The notes below the pieces were generated by a model. The model was not told the DNA's origin. It saw only the letters and a program-made list of their open reading frames with translations, and ran no database searches. Shown one piece after another: positions 41,901 to 51,535 of a stretch of 64,000 bases of DNA (position 1 is its first letter; each line of letters begins with the position of its first letter). Position numbers and translations under genes: made by a program. The stretch is from a virus: IMG/VR virus record IMGVR_UViG_3300009130_001695, positions 7,619 to 71,618 of that record; one strand, given 5' to 3'.

Positions 41901-44900
41901 TTTGAGAGAAAACGAAACAGTTTACTACCAAAAAAGCACCGACAGCGGTAAGAATTTTATTACGTTTTATACCTCCCTAGTTAAATCTACAGCGGACTTA
42001 TATCCAGATATTACTCTTTACGATGCAGGCGCAGGCGTAGCAAATGTTAAAATTTCCAATCCACAATATGACAATTGGTTTGTTCAACATAATATTCCAC
42101 AAAGCTCACTTCAATATGCATGGATTAACAATTCTTATAATTCCAACCTGAAACAACCTCTGGGATACACTTATGGTTGTCATGATGCGGGAGGGGTTGT
42201 ACCGTTTTCTGTTCCAAGTGGTACAACTTCGATGACTCAATCGACAGTTCAGTTTTTAACTCAAAGTTTATGGAAACCTTATACGACACCATTTTATGTT
42301 AATTTTGCACAGTATTCTTTTTTTAGTCCCGACCGGACGTTTGCAAACTATTACCGAACCCAATTAACGGAGTCAAACAACACTATATCCCCCGGAAGCC
42401 AGTTTTATACCGATGGAGTGATTGCCCCTACCATTAACGCATATTTTAATAATGTTAATGGTCCCTATGGTTATCCTTCTTGGAAGCAATTAAGAGCCGG
42501 TGAAACCCCAGTTCCAAGATTTCATAAGAGAAGCAATATTCTTTCTGTTGGATCAAACCCAGGAGTTATCACACTCCCTAATGGTTCGGGAACAAACAAA
42601 CCTGCAACCTATTTTGATCCTCAACCAGACCCCAATAACATCACAAATTATACGGAACCACCAGTGACCTTTAAATTTCGTCCGCTTATTAGTGAACTAA
42701 CGAATGTTCAATTACAGCATTCTTTTGGGAACAATTTGTGTCTATGGACTCAAAGAGGTCTGCCATTTAATAATCCCACTCAATCAATTGGCGAATATTT
42801 GGGCGGTTTAAATAATAAAACAGATGCACAGATATACAATAAGTTAATCGAATCAGACGATTATAATACTGATTTTCAAAGTTTAACATATGCGGAAGTT
42901 TCATATCCTCGCTCTGCTAATACTGGCCTCGGCTCCACTCGCTCGCGCACTCGATATGCTGAAACTGCCTCTGTTATTAATGTTTACAGTCCTTCTTTCC
43001 CACCCACCGCTTCATTGTCTATTGGACATAACGGAATTGATCGCGGCCCCAATGTTAGAAGAACCTTTTGGAAAAAATCTTATTATGAAAGAAATCGATA
43101 TTTACCACAATTTGCCCCGGCTGCCGCTAGCCCTGGATATCCCAGCTTCCAAACCACAATAAGCAATTCTTGCGGAAATTACGATGGTATGGCTCGCAGT
43201 GTTTGGCCATTTGGTGCAGAACCTATCGTCTATAATCCTCCTTCGGTTAATGAAGCACATGAGGCAGTCACAGTTTCAAGTTTATCGGGCGCATCCTCGT
43301 TTGCTCTTAATAATGGTCTAGATACCGGAGAATTAAACTCTATCAACACTGCTCGTATCGGAGGAATGCTTGGTGGGCTATCGGGTTCTATCTACCCATC
43401 TTCGTGGCTGCACGAGTTATATATAAACCCATCTGCTTCTGCTTTTTATTATTGGTTGCCAAGTATTGGTGATGCTATTCTTTATAGTCAGGCACCAAAC
43501 AACACTCTTTGGACTAAATGGGGTCCATGGAATGCTACGTCAGCTTTTTACATTCAGCAAATATTAAGTTCCGTTAACAAAGGAATGAAGTGGCGCACAA
43601 ACATAGACGCTGGTAAAGATCCTTGGTATGATTCTTATGAAGCCTATGCTGAAAATATTAGAGGATTGTCTCAGACGCGCACAATATTGCCGGAATTTAA
43701 AATTTCAGATAATATGGAATATTATGTAAACACTGCGGGAAACGATTTCAGAGCACAAAATGATAAATTTTTATCACTTGACGGAGGTAATGTGACTTCC
43801 AGTGCCTTGACTCATACGAGCCCTGGCAACCTGCGCGGGTTTGATGAGAACTTTTTTAAAGAATACTCGTTTAGTGATTTTCAGAAATATTTTGGAACCT
43901 TCGCAGCAGATTATAAGCTCAACAAAATTGCCATTAATTGTACCGCCGTTAAAAAATTGTTGCCTTATAAGGGATTTTATCCAGCTGATAGAAGCACTCA
44001 ATTAGTAAGTTTGTTTTCCGGCGCATTAGGGCCACATCTCGGAGGAGGGGCACTATCTGCATCGAATTCAGACCCAGAGCCAACCGCAAGGGTTCAGTCG
44101 GGCTCTGATCAATTGGCGATGCAATCATTGTTGCAACCCTTCTTTGCTCCCGGTATTCTGTATAATACTATTAAATCCGGAATAGCAGTTGATTGGGGAG
44201 TGTTTACTGGGAGCACCATCGCTGTGGAAGTAGATCTGTATCCGGGATTTGAATACAATGTTCGCAATCCCGACACAAGATTTCCATTTAAATCGCTGCT
44301 AGATCCGTTGCAATATGTGCCACACTATCAATCGGATGGCACTCATCGATTATTACACAATGCTCCAAGCTATTATGTTTCTCAACCGAATAGAGAACCA
44401 ATGAGGTTCCCTTACGCTGAATTCTCACCATCACACCCAGAGGAATCGGTGACTGATTTATACTCTAGTGCGATGCACAATTATTTAGCTGAGATTCCAA
44501 ACTTCTTTTTGAGAAATTCAGAACTCCAAGCTATTGAATCACGCCCAGCTGGTGATATACAAGTGGAAGCTGGAAAGATTTATGTAATGGATGCATACAT
44601 AGAGAAGACCAACAATGCTCCCAATGATGAACTTATAATGGTGCAGGATTATTTTAATGGATACGTGTCTTCGAGCTTTCCGTTTTTTGCGAGTTCTTCC
44701 TATCCAACCCATACAAAGAACCCTCTCAACCCTAACACATTTGGTTCAGAATTTTTAGAAATTGGAACTGTGTGGGGGCCACGCGGTGCAGGAGTAACTG
44801 GATCCTATAACGGTAAATATTTTGGTCCTGGGTGGAATGCCAATCGAGGAACTTATGCCGCATCTTCTTCGGCATGGCAAGCCGGATATATTCCTTTGCG

Positions 44901-46644
44901 CGATGGAGATCCCTCATATGCACCAGTAACTCCTCCATATTTTTATGGAAAAGCAAAAGTTCGACTTATGTTTACTGCTTCTGCCGAAGACGCCCAAACT
45001 GCTGGTGGTGGTCTTGGATTTCGATGGGCTGAAGTAATGAATCGTATGACGATGAGTTTTAAGAGCGTTGATGATCCGCGTCGGGGTGCATGGACCAAAT
45101 TTGATGAACCCAATCAGACAGATGAATATCGTTTCGGGTATAGTAACTTTTCTTACCACTCCATGATGGATGTAACAGCCTCTCTAAATATAAAAGGTAT
45201 TTTATCACCAGATCCCTCCAACATGTCCTTGGATCGTTGGGTGATTTCACCTTACATGGAAACCCCAGTTTTAGACTTCTCCAGCTCTCAAGCCCCAGAA
45301 TATGGCTATGGTCGCGGGATGTGGAGTGGTTATGGGGAAGTTCCACAAAATCATAAAGGTATTTTCTTTGGAGTAGAACGTACCCCAAATTTATTTATTG
45401 GCACGTATTCCAGTTCACTCCCTGCTGGTAATGGCCTCGTCATACCTAATCAAGAAAGATTTGGGGATATGACCGAGTGGTTCCGTGGCGCATCTCGGAG
45501 CAGGCAAATTGTGGGAGCGACTAATGCGGAAGAAGCTCTTTCCTACTCACTCCAGCGCAAAGTTGGTCAATTGGCCGACAGCAAGATGATTTCGGAAGCT
45601 ATCGTGGCAATTCCATTCAGCACCCGCCGCGTATATGCAAATTCAGGAATGTCTAAAACAGTTCATAGGCCAATTATGGGCAAATATTTCTTTTCGCTTG
45701 GAGGAAGCGGTAAATCGGCATCCCGCGATCTTTTCAATAATATGAAAACCAACAAATTAAATACTGGTTTTTCGATTCCTGGTCCTGGCCCACAACAAGT
45801 ATCTGAATTAGAAACTTGGGGTGTCGATGCCCCAGTAAGGGATACTTCTGTCTCCATGTTGGCCTTAAATATGGAAAAATATATTTTACCCCCTGAGTTA
45901 GATTTTAACAAGTATAGTGACATCGAGCCATTTGTGATGTATATGATAGAATTCGAACACGAATTAGATCGCGATGATCTCAAGGACATTTGGCAAGGAG
46001 TAATGCCAAAAATTGCTATGACTCCCGAACTAGACTCTCAGGGTATTTCACATGAAATGAAGAATTATGAATTTTTTGGTGGCAGACCACTTCCTGCACA
46101 AAATGAAATTCGGTGGATGGTATTTAAAATTAAAAAACGAGCCGCCATTAATTATTGGGCCGCCACCAAAGACGGAACAGACGACTCTCAGTTTATTAGA
46201 ACACCAGCGGGTTTGGCTTCTGTATTAAACCCACGATCCAATAGTTTTGTAAATCCACTTGGATATGATTACAGCTACAATTGGCCATATGATAACTTTT
46301 CACTTGTGGAATTAGCTCAAGTAGAAGTAGGAAATAATTTTGGAAGAAAACCACCACCCCCACCAGGACCAACCACGACAGTTACCCCTGCTCACCCACT
46401 TGCAACAGAGGCGGCAGCTGGTAATGTATCCGCAGCACCACCACTACCACCAGTGACAACAGCTGTCCCCGGCGCACCAGGAGGTTCTTTCACTGCCGCG
46501 AATGCTGCTCAAAGAGCTGCTAACAGAGCCGCTGCTTCTAGTCAATTACAAGGAGCATCACCTGCTGGACGAACGACCAGCACCTCACGAACCACAGCTC
46601 CTGCAAATCGGAGCCCGACCGGAGGAGGATTTAGCACAGAATGA
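35923..46644 (+). CDS. giant (3573 aa) baseplate/tail protein with several LamG/ConA-like domains
   Basis: SVEFWLRK..WNHFALT..LDEFRFW; FSMGVWFK..WHFAVI..GNLDEVSFWDKGLS; P/A/T-rich C-terminal tail. Confidence 0.75.
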   Translation: MSNIKDLFNGKKSERVLENATQRSVGTSVESADYLKENVKQKQRFIPHVDFSSASNFAIYGSAEKYYEDSYNYILNEYPYDGSFKEKVNWSLSGTYLDRYIFESEYPRTTGYVNMGQSYGFDSQKTLGYDASTKDEWIYFKGNNTNSAQNTNINPNLSVQFDNLNVYNTASSGLYNVELEGSGGTSVEFWLRKPSFNSSNESRRQVVVDIWNSGTFGTAGYGRFRVEISGTDSNVVNPNFHIELLSGSAGFSSGVASGLSPTIVLSGSTLTGSWNHFALTFANTGSQMVGRLYTNGLLSYTHVAGTSMGTVTGSMLGQIGSLVSTVSGSGALKRGYAKLSASLDEFRFWKSRKTDKEISQYWFSQVGGGTNTDITLATSASTKYSYENPVDLGVYYKFNEGIINTSSINSQDALVLDYAGRVTNGRWEGYSLTSRNTGSAIMSASAASYEFEDPILYSSHPLVSASLDDKRNLGKLYDVENNSSMFGSLPRWITDDDENNSNSALKNLTQIMSSYFDTLYLQTQAVSSLKDKTYISGTNKPFPFSNRFIDSSGFLTTEIFTKASDLEYLDARNDKKLFTEKVDELKNLIYQNVYNNLIHVYKTKGTMKSFRNLIRCFGVDSELINVRLYGDQVTHKLLDNYDNAVVRKKYANFHTEYNMDAVVYQQTASSNSYSRGYISSSAEVQHRGNTYELETFFPPDYKQGTGYYFNSQFTTASLFGCHTSGAAGSTAWGAPDYGQFQVQTVRPDIRRSAAYFQLTCSNDGLGPFPQLTSSVFQDVYEGSRWNLAVRVKPKKYPFAAGVTGSSVGQYDLEFSGYNYILDILNNSFLVTASVSATNAQRFLKSNKRFFVGAHRTNTTGTILQKSNVKSTSLRVWMDYLPSGTLVAHAKDTTNFGTQNPYRDAYLNEESAVLGSKNVKAIPQLETLVMNWDFATVTGSDAAGNFTVQDVSIASSGSNDYSSRWGWLGPIGQYQHTGKGYGFLTNSTSSIDRRYVNTLIQQPPEVVNSSDMISLIDADRNRVFSKDSRPEQYFFAFEKSMYNIISKEIIDIFGTIVDFNNLIGQPVNRYRAEYKDMQKLRQLYFERVQNNVDLDKFVEYFKWLDSSLSVMLQQLVPGSARFSENLRTMVESHVLERNKYQSKFPTLEMKQSDPEAGVFGINEMLYSGKYGTAPIPTTATGSNCEWWLERANRNNTNITSGDASVNAQRNIVRLANDFRSGSGPTLAVSRNSTATTTTYEGQAYAIRNFTKIYRLDVDEQPVIHGGSNFAKNKTVEYTHEALKFGSSEYLVISASSIPSDKGCDDVIIPNSKLKLEAKVINTGDPFGYTSGKSDIFAPFSLYSSSVTTGYVADVATNFRSKTEINNYHDDIYGDDKGIPAQGPFTERHVGGRQHRHLNINTSSATTTLTRPEAWNLEFNSFIDAKSIVFETGSSPNTADRLRITSDDGLNSLPFGSGSFSMGVWFKSPSLDPVGYQKVLLARRSNFVAGYDFGLEMTNPGGTLQFVMRQNSGVYAYATSLVDYNDDAWHFAVIGWNGTDEIFLDMDGGDERRTTTATTRSGSAYGEVLTIGAYSSTTANRGWSGNLDEVSFWDKGLSAAECVALYNSGCPTDLQCSTTSTPGLVSWWRMGDDPNDSTDSSDAAARVYDVVGGYNATPVECEASDIVESTPVGCTRSISCSNLVLSPRTAHQPRATMIRDAYAKRPLNIANLKWGTSSAVAGNYRFGYQILQTSGRSLNNRFFIANGGFSPTSSDTGIFSGAIDYALPRFDLTGTNKSIFVERFNAPGGPEVSSRGCLDVNAEEFSVYNELNYRNLMVREALDSWLTEHCGQFGISPTGSVGDGTNPSQHMTNPMSYEGVVAAYHKVNRNPRETCLVKSGYDRQVNWLKLNGEITFDRTTAIISKPGGASTGWNAGAVGGEKIPRNGYLSFQVTTISDDQLIGLNSNPPAGASYGDMDYALHISATGPGNVYVYQNGNNPHISAGFAAVGNVFRILRENETVYYQKSTDSGKNFITFYTSLVKSTADLYPDITLYDAGAGVANVKISNPQYDNWFVQHNIPQSSLQYAWINNSYNSNLKQPLGYTYGCHDAGGVVPFSVPSGTTSMTQSTVQFLTQSLWKPYTTPFYVNFAQYSFFSPDRTFANYYRTQLTESNNTISPGSQFYTDGVIAPTINAYFNNVNGPYGYPSWKQLRAGETPVPRFHKRSNILSVGSNPGVITLPNGSGTNKPATYFDPQPDPNNITNYTEPPVTFKFRPLISELTNVQLQHSFGNNLCLWTQRGLPFNNPTQSIGEYLGGLNNKTDAQIYNKLIESDDYNTDFQSLTYAEVSYPRSANTGLGSTRSRTRYAETASVINVYSPSFPPTASLSIGHNGIDRGPNVRRTFWKKSYYERNRYLPQFAPAAASPGYPSFQTTISNSCGNYDGMARSVWPFGAEPIVYNPPSVNEAHEAVTVSSLSGASSFALNNGLDTGELNSINTARIGGMLGGLSGSIYPSSWLHELYINPSASAFYYWLPSIGDAILYSQAPNNTLWTKWGPWNATSAFYIQQILSSVNKGMKWRTNIDAGKDPWYDSYEAYAENIRGLSQTRTILPEFKISDNMEYYVNTAGNDFRAQNDKFLSLDGGNVTSSALTHTSPGNLRGFDENFFKEYSFSDFQKYFGTFAADYKLNKIAINCTAVKKLLPYKGFYPADRSTQLVSLFSGALGPHLGGGALSASNSDPEPTARVQSGSDQLAMQSLLQPFFAPGILYNTIKSGIAVDWGVFTGSTIAVEVDLYPGFEYNVRNPDTRFPFKSLLDPLQYVPHYQSDGTHRLLHNAPSYYVSQPNREPMRFPYAEFSPSHPEESVTDLYSSAMHNYLAEIPNFFLRNSELQAIESRPAGDIQVEAGKIYVMDAYIEKTNNAPNDELIMVQDYFNGYVSSSFPFFASSSYPTHTKNPLNPNTFGSEFLEIGTVWGPRGAGVTGSYNGKYFGPGWNANRGTYAASSSAWQAGYIPLRDGDPSYAPVTPPYFYGKAKVRLMFTASAEDAQTAGGGLGFRWAEVMNRMTMSFKSVDDPRRGAWTKFDEPNQTDEYRFGYSNFSYHSMMDVTASLNIKGILSPDPSNMSLDRWVISPYMETPVLDFSSSQAPEYGYGRGMWSGYGEVPQNHKGIFFGVERTPNLFIGTYSSSLPAGNGLVIPNQERFGDMTEWFRGASRSRQIVGATNAEEALSYSLQRKVGQLADSKMISEAIVAIPFSTRRVYANSGMSKTVHRPIMGKYFFSLGGSGKSASRDLFNNMKTNKLNTGFSIPGPGPQQVSELETWGVDAPVRDTSVSMLALNMEKYILPPELDFNKYSDIEPFVMYMIEFEHELDRDDLKDIWQGVMPKIAMTPELDSQGISHEMKNYEFFGGRPLPAQNEIRWMVFKIKKRAAINYWAATKDGTDDSQFIRTPAGLASVLNPRSNSFVNPLGYDYSYNWPYDNFSLVELAQVEVGNNFGRKPPPPPGPTTTVTPAHPLATEAAAGNVSAAPPLPPVTTAVPGAPGGSFTAANAAQRAANRAAASSQLQGASPAGRTTSTSRTTAPANRSPTGGGFSTE
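46447..46512 (+). repeat. 22-codon motif, copy 1 (PPVTTAVPGAPGGSFTAANAAQ)
   Basis: 20/22 aa identical to 51257-51322. Confidence 0.9.
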
Positions 46645-47702
46645 AATTTTTTAACAAACAAGAACAGGTCATCGATATACAGCTAACACAGTATGGCAAA
46701 TACTTGCTTTCCAATGGCAAATTTAAGCCAGTTTATTACGCTTTTTTCGACGATGGTATCTTATATGACCCCAAGTATGGTTTCGGTCCCCAAGATCAAA
46801 AAGATATACAAAATCGCATAAAATCTGACACCCCTCAATTAGAGGGACAATATAACTTCCGAGGCGTTGAGTCACAGGTTCGAAAAGCCAATACTTTAAT
46901 TCAATCCGATGCCGAGTGGCAAAAGAAGTATTTTGAAGATCTTTCAATCCGCCCACCCGACACAACTTCAGATACTCAATATGCCCTTCAAAATATGATC
47001 GGATCATCTGACTTAAATTCTGAATATGTCCCAGCGTGGAACATTCAATTTTTAATTGGGCAAGTGAGTAGTTCAAAGAACACTACTTCTTGGACAAAAG
47101 AGCAGTCGGGAAGTGCGATTAACACTCCGCAAATAACAACAATGGATGTAGTATATAAGACAGCCATTAAACAATTAACAGATGCCAGTGAAATTGCTGA
47201 AAGTGCTGATTCCGACATTTATGGTAATGAATATATTGATGTTTTTACGGACGACGATGGTGGAATACTTTTGGACATTAGTGAGGCGAACATAAATTTT
47301 GAAAAAGAAGGTTATGAAATTGAAGTTTATGAAGTTAGTGAAGAAAGTGTTTGCCAGGGTCGAGGAGGGATAAGGGAAATTTTAAACCCTCTTTATTTTA
47401 TAAAATACCCGGATCAAATTAAAGACGGCATTTTGTTAGATAATTTATCGCCCATAGATGAATTAAATATTCCTGGTCTTTCTGATTATGAATTGGACTC
47501 ACGCTATGTGGAATATTTTTTAGAAATTGATGTGGATAACGAAATTGATAAAGAAATTCTTTGTGATAAAGCGCCCGTAAAATCCTTGGGGATTTATTCC
47601 ACCAGATTTTTGGATTGCCAAGATACAGACAAACAGAAAGAAATTGAAGCTCGTAATATTTATAGTACAGACATTACGGAAGAAGATCTTAAGGACTGTT
47701 AA
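46641..47702 (+). CDS. structural protein with tail-collar-like N-terminus
   Basis: IDIQLTQYGKYLLSNGKFKPVYYAFFDD resembles the N-terminus of the 54357 protein. Confidence 0.55.
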   Translation: MKFFNKQEQVIDIQLTQYGKYLLSNGKFKPVYYAFFDDGILYDPKYGFGPQDQKDIQNRIKSDTPQLEGQYNFRGVESQVRKANTLIQSDAEWQKKYFEDLSIRPPDTTSDTQYALQNMIGSSDLNSEYVPAWNIQFLIGQVSSSKNTTSWTKEQSGSAINTPQITTMDVVYKTAIKQLTDASEIAESADSDIYGNEYIDVFTDDDGGILLDISEANINFEKEGYEIEVYEVSEESVCQGRGGIREILNPLYFIKYPDQIKDGILLDNLSPIDELNIPGLSDYELDSRYVEYFLEIDVDNEIDKEILCDKAPVKSLGIYSTRFLDCQDTDKQKEIEARNIYSTDITEEDLKDC

Positions 47703-50700
47703 TGACAAGCTATGCTATAAACCCATCTCAAACCGTTGGCGAATTCCTGCCAACTGTTTATATTAGTAAAATTACTTTACGCAGTGATGCCGGATATACA
47801 AAGAACGAGATAAATCCCCATATCGATTATCCCGGTGAAGGCAATATAACGAGGGGAGATGGCAGTCTTCAGGTTGAAGTTGCTTTAACTCTTAAAGACG
47901 TTTTAGGTGCTGGTGGAACATCACAATGGTTTGCGGCAGGCGCACTCCCAAATGGGAGAAGTTTAAAAGATTATATAAAAGTTAATGTGGTGCAGGCTTA
48001 TACAGGTGACTCAGTTCGTTTGTGGTCACACAAAATGGGTTCAAACGATCTAACTTATGATCCCTCTGGTGAATTATCACCCGGCGCAGGCACCTCTTTT
48101 ATCTCTCTGTCGCTTGAGGAGTTCGGTGATGAAAAAGATTTAGAGCGTTATATTACTGAGTTTGACAAAAACGGCAATTCTATTAAAAATATAAGCCACA
48201 GCATTTTATCTTCGGACCCCCGCTGGAAGCCAGGTTCCGCAGGACAATCGACGGATTTACCGAGTGACCCTGTAGATCTTGCATATTTTGTATGGACCAG
48301 TCTTAATTTGGATCTTCTAGCCGAGGACTTTCAATTTAATAATGATAATGTTCTTCGCCCCACTTCGGGAACATGGGGTTCACCACTTGCAAGTAAAATT
48401 AATTCTGATGTGGTTTATCGTAACCAGAAAATGGTGACAGAGGGGTATGTATTTTTTGAAGCCACCCGTACCCCTGGAGGATTGGTTAAAACTGATACAT
48501 TATGGACTGGAGCAGTTCATTATCATAACGGAACCTCTGGTGATTATGAAGGATTTATGGGAGGAAAAACTCACGATCCAAATACCAATCAACCTTATTT
48601 GTTGAGAGTCACAGTACCTAATCAAAAAATAGAAGATTTCCGTGTCGTTGCTCGTCTTGATAAACTAGAATTAAATTTCTCGGTTTTGCAAAACGAGATT
48701 TACCAAGCTCTTACCAAAAGCCGCCGAACAATTATGGATGATAAGATGAGATTTTCTTATTTTACAGACATCAACCTCTCTCGGGATCAAAACAACAATT
48801 GTCGTTTTATGTTTGGGCTAGATTTAAGAAAAATAGTTCGTGAAAACACTCCCTACTCTAATTTATTTGCGGTGCCTGCACAAGACAATCCAGCATGGTT
48901 TCAAGAGGTGATGCGAAAAGTTCGGATTCTTTCCCTGAAAGTTTACCGTAAAAGAATACAGGGTAGTTCCGAAACCGGCACCACTCCCTATTATTTTTCC
49001 AACAATCACCTGTTTGAACCTACTCGCCAATTAAGGAAATTTGATAATGCTCTCGCCCGCAATATGCGAGACATCGGAACTCCTGATGAGCCTAAATATC
49101 TCTCTTATGATTCTGCTGATGAATTGATTATCGATGCAGGAGAGGATCAAAATCTTCAATTTATTGGAGACGGAGCTGCATCAGCAGACGGTTTGTCCAC
49201 TATGACACGGTTACAAAATATCTACAATAATAACGCAGTCGGCATCCATTATTACACCGCCACCGATGGAGGTATGTCGTCAAAGTCAGATGGTTATTAT
49301 CAATACCGGGTTGAACTAAAAATAGAAGATGGTGTGGTTGAATTTTTAATTGAAAAGAGAGCCGAACTTTTATTGCAGCTAGAAAAGTTAAAAGAATATT
49401 ATAATGCTGGCACAAAATCCAGCGCACGATTCGGATCAGGAGCAATACAAGAAGCGACATTTGATCCCACAACTAACCGCTTTACTCAAGTTTTCCAAAA
49501 TTCTGCGGCAGGTAACTCATGGCCATCAGAAGCAGCTTTTAAATATGTAGAAATACTAAAGATTTTTACTCACCTAACAAGATCGGAAAGGGCAACAATT
49601 ATGATTGCTTTAAAGAACTATATGCGACCTTCTTCCGGTAATCCTCAAGGTTGCTTGGCTGTAATTAATTTATACGATAATCTTATCACATTTATTAATA
49701 GTGCTATAGGGGTCCAAAAAGAGCGTTCGGTATCAATCCCCAAAGATGCCGAGGCCAAGAATGCAACAGGCAATTCTCCCAATACATTTGAAACAGACGT
49801 TGGAACATCTGGTAAGCCCTCATCAAATAATTTTGTGATTGAACATACTTTTTCGGATTATTATGATGCGAATTTGTCCCTAAATACGGGATATGATTTT
49901 CTTGGAGCAGCGTATAATAATATCCCTAGAATACAAGCATCACCAGGCTTACGAATCATATCTGATGAACAATGGCAAGCATCTATTGTTCCAAAAGAGT
50001 TGACAAAACTTTTTAATAGTCCAACAAGTCGTATTGATATACCCTCCTTCCTTGCCACTGGACCCGCGTTTGATAATACATTACAACTAACAGATTTTTC
50101 TTATTTAACACCAGCAGTGGTTTATAGTGGGCAGGGAGTCAGTCTTCCTTTGATTGGGCAAAATACAGAGGCTTCTCCAAATATTAATAATCAAAATTTT
50201 ATAAATACAGCTACCACCAATCTTACATTTCTGTCTAATCATATAATGAACACTAACACGCTTCAGGAAAAGGTGGCGGATTTTCTTTCATATAATTATA
50301 ATTTAACTGCCACCCCTGTTCCCAACCCAACAACGACAATCCACCCACCAGGATCTGTGGACAGTAATGGCCCTTCAGCCACACCCCTACAAGAATACGT
50401 TTTAAGCATTAATGGTCAAACATCACAAAATCAAGCAGCTTTTGGCGTATTCTGGAACTTGATTTCAAATGGTGTTGTAAGCGAAGGCTCTCGCGGCGGC
50501 GCAGGGCTGCCCGAAGGTTCAAATCAAAAAGCAATGGAATATTACAATCCCCAATCCCCAGAAGGTTTTTATGGCGCTTTAGACGCTTCAGTCTCACCAC
50601 AAGTAACTGATAGGACTGCTCTGATGAAGGAAAAACTTGATAGATTACCTAACCCAGTCAAAGCTCTGATTCGTTTTAGTTATGAAAACTATTCATTAAC

Positions 50701-51535
50701 ACAGGGGACAACTTTTGGCGAGGGCGCTCTTAAGACAGAAATCGACACTTTTTTACAAAGCGAACCTTTTATAAGCCCCACTTTAAGTTCAAAGGCTAGG
50801 ATTTTGTTTGAAACGATTGGTCAAATTCAATATTTAGATGGTTATGGAGAAACCGAATATTCTCTAAGCGGCGAGGATATTACAGAAACTTCTCTTGCGA
50901 TGCCTATTTGGAAAACTCTTGACCGATTGGCGTATAATAGAATTGGTAGCGGCGGATCTCGTAAAGCCCTTTTATGCCGTATAATTCCCTGGACCAATGG
51001 CATTTTTAAAATTAATCGACCCCCATCTAATGATTTGCCAACTTATGAAAAGTTCTTTGTATTAAATGCGGGAAGCGCACCACTGGCCGAATCACATACC
51101 GGTTTGGAACCTTCCGAGCAAATCACCCCTCCTTCCCCCCCTGATAACAGTGAGGAAACTTCTACATATTTTCCCACTTATTCAGTGAACACCAATTGGA
51201 TGGCCGAAGATATAACTGGTGGTGGTTTGACTACAGCACCACCAGAATCCCAACCACCACCAGTGACCACTGCGGTTCCCGGCGCTACGGGTGGAGCCTT
51301 TACTGCGGCCAATGCTGCTCAAATGCAACAAAATATACAGAATACAGTGGCTGCTGCAAATGCCGCTGGTGATAATTCAAGCGGCGCACCAACCGCGCCA
51401 ACGCTTCCGGGAGCAGCTGGCAGCACATTTGCTCCAGCTAGCGGACAACAATCATCTGGTCAACAATCAAACGCACCTGCACCCAATCCATTATCAGGAT
51501 TAGGAACAGGAGGAGGAGGAAGTTATGGCACTTGA
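47702..51535 (+). CDS. large (1277 aa) putative virion protein
   Basis: Lies within the tail module; low-complexity P/A/S/G C-terminal tail. Confidence 0.55.
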   Translation: MTSYAINPSQTVGEFLPTVYISKITLRSDAGYTKNEINPHIDYPGEGNITRGDGSLQVEVALTLKDVLGAGGTSQWFAAGALPNGRSLKDYIKVNVVQAYTGDSVRLWSHKMGSNDLTYDPSGELSPGAGTSFISLSLEEFGDEKDLERYITEFDKNGNSIKNISHSILSSDPRWKPGSAGQSTDLPSDPVDLAYFVWTSLNLDLLAEDFQFNNDNVLRPTSGTWGSPLASKINSDVVYRNQKMVTEGYVFFEATRTPGGLVKTDTLWTGAVHYHNGTSGDYEGFMGGKTHDPNTNQPYLLRVTVPNQKIEDFRVVARLDKLELNFSVLQNEIYQALTKSRRTIMDDKMRFSYFTDINLSRDQNNNCRFMFGLDLRKIVRENTPYSNLFAVPAQDNPAWFQEVMRKVRILSLKVYRKRIQGSSETGTTPYYFSNNHLFEPTRQLRKFDNALARNMRDIGTPDEPKYLSYDSADELIIDAGEDQNLQFIGDGAASADGLSTMTRLQNIYNNNAVGIHYYTATDGGMSSKSDGYYQYRVELKIEDGVVEFLIEKRAELLLQLEKLKEYYNAGTKSSARFGSGAIQEATFDPTTNRFTQVFQNSAAGNSWPSEAAFKYVEILKIFTHLTRSERATIMIALKNYMRPSSGNPQGCLAVINLYDNLITFINSAIGVQKERSVSIPKDAEAKNATGNSPNTFETDVGTSGKPSSNNFVIEHTFSDYYDANLSLNTGYDFLGAAYNNIPRIQASPGLRIISDEQWQASIVPKELTKLFNSPTSRIDIPSFLATGPAFDNTLQLTDFSYLTPAVVYSGQGVSLPLIGQNTEASPNINNQNFINTATTNLTFLSNHIMNTNTLQEKVADFLSYNYNLTATPVPNPTTTIHPPGSVDSNGPSATPLQEYVLSINGQTSQNQAAFGVFWNLISNGVVSEGSRGGAGLPEGSNQKAMEYYNPQSPEGFYGALDASVSPQVTDRTALMKEKLDRLPNPVKALIRFSYENYSLTQGTTFGEGALKTEIDTFLQSEPFISPTLSSKARILFETIGQIQYLDGYGETEYSLSGEDITETSLAMPIWKTLDRLAYNRIGSGGSRKALLCRIIPWTNGIFKINRPPSNDLPTYEKFFVLNAGSAPLAESHTGLEPSEQITPPSPPDNSEETSTYFPTYSVNTNWMAEDITGGGLTTAPPESQPPPVTTAVPGATGGAFTAANAAQMQQNIQNTVAAANAAGDNSSGAPTAPTLPGAAGSTFAPASGQQSSGQQSNAPAPNPLSGLGTGGGGSYGT
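51257..51322 (+). repeat. 22-codon motif, copy 2 (PPVTTAVPGATGGAFTAANAAQ)
   Basis: 20/22 aa identical to 46447-46512. Confidence 0.9.
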
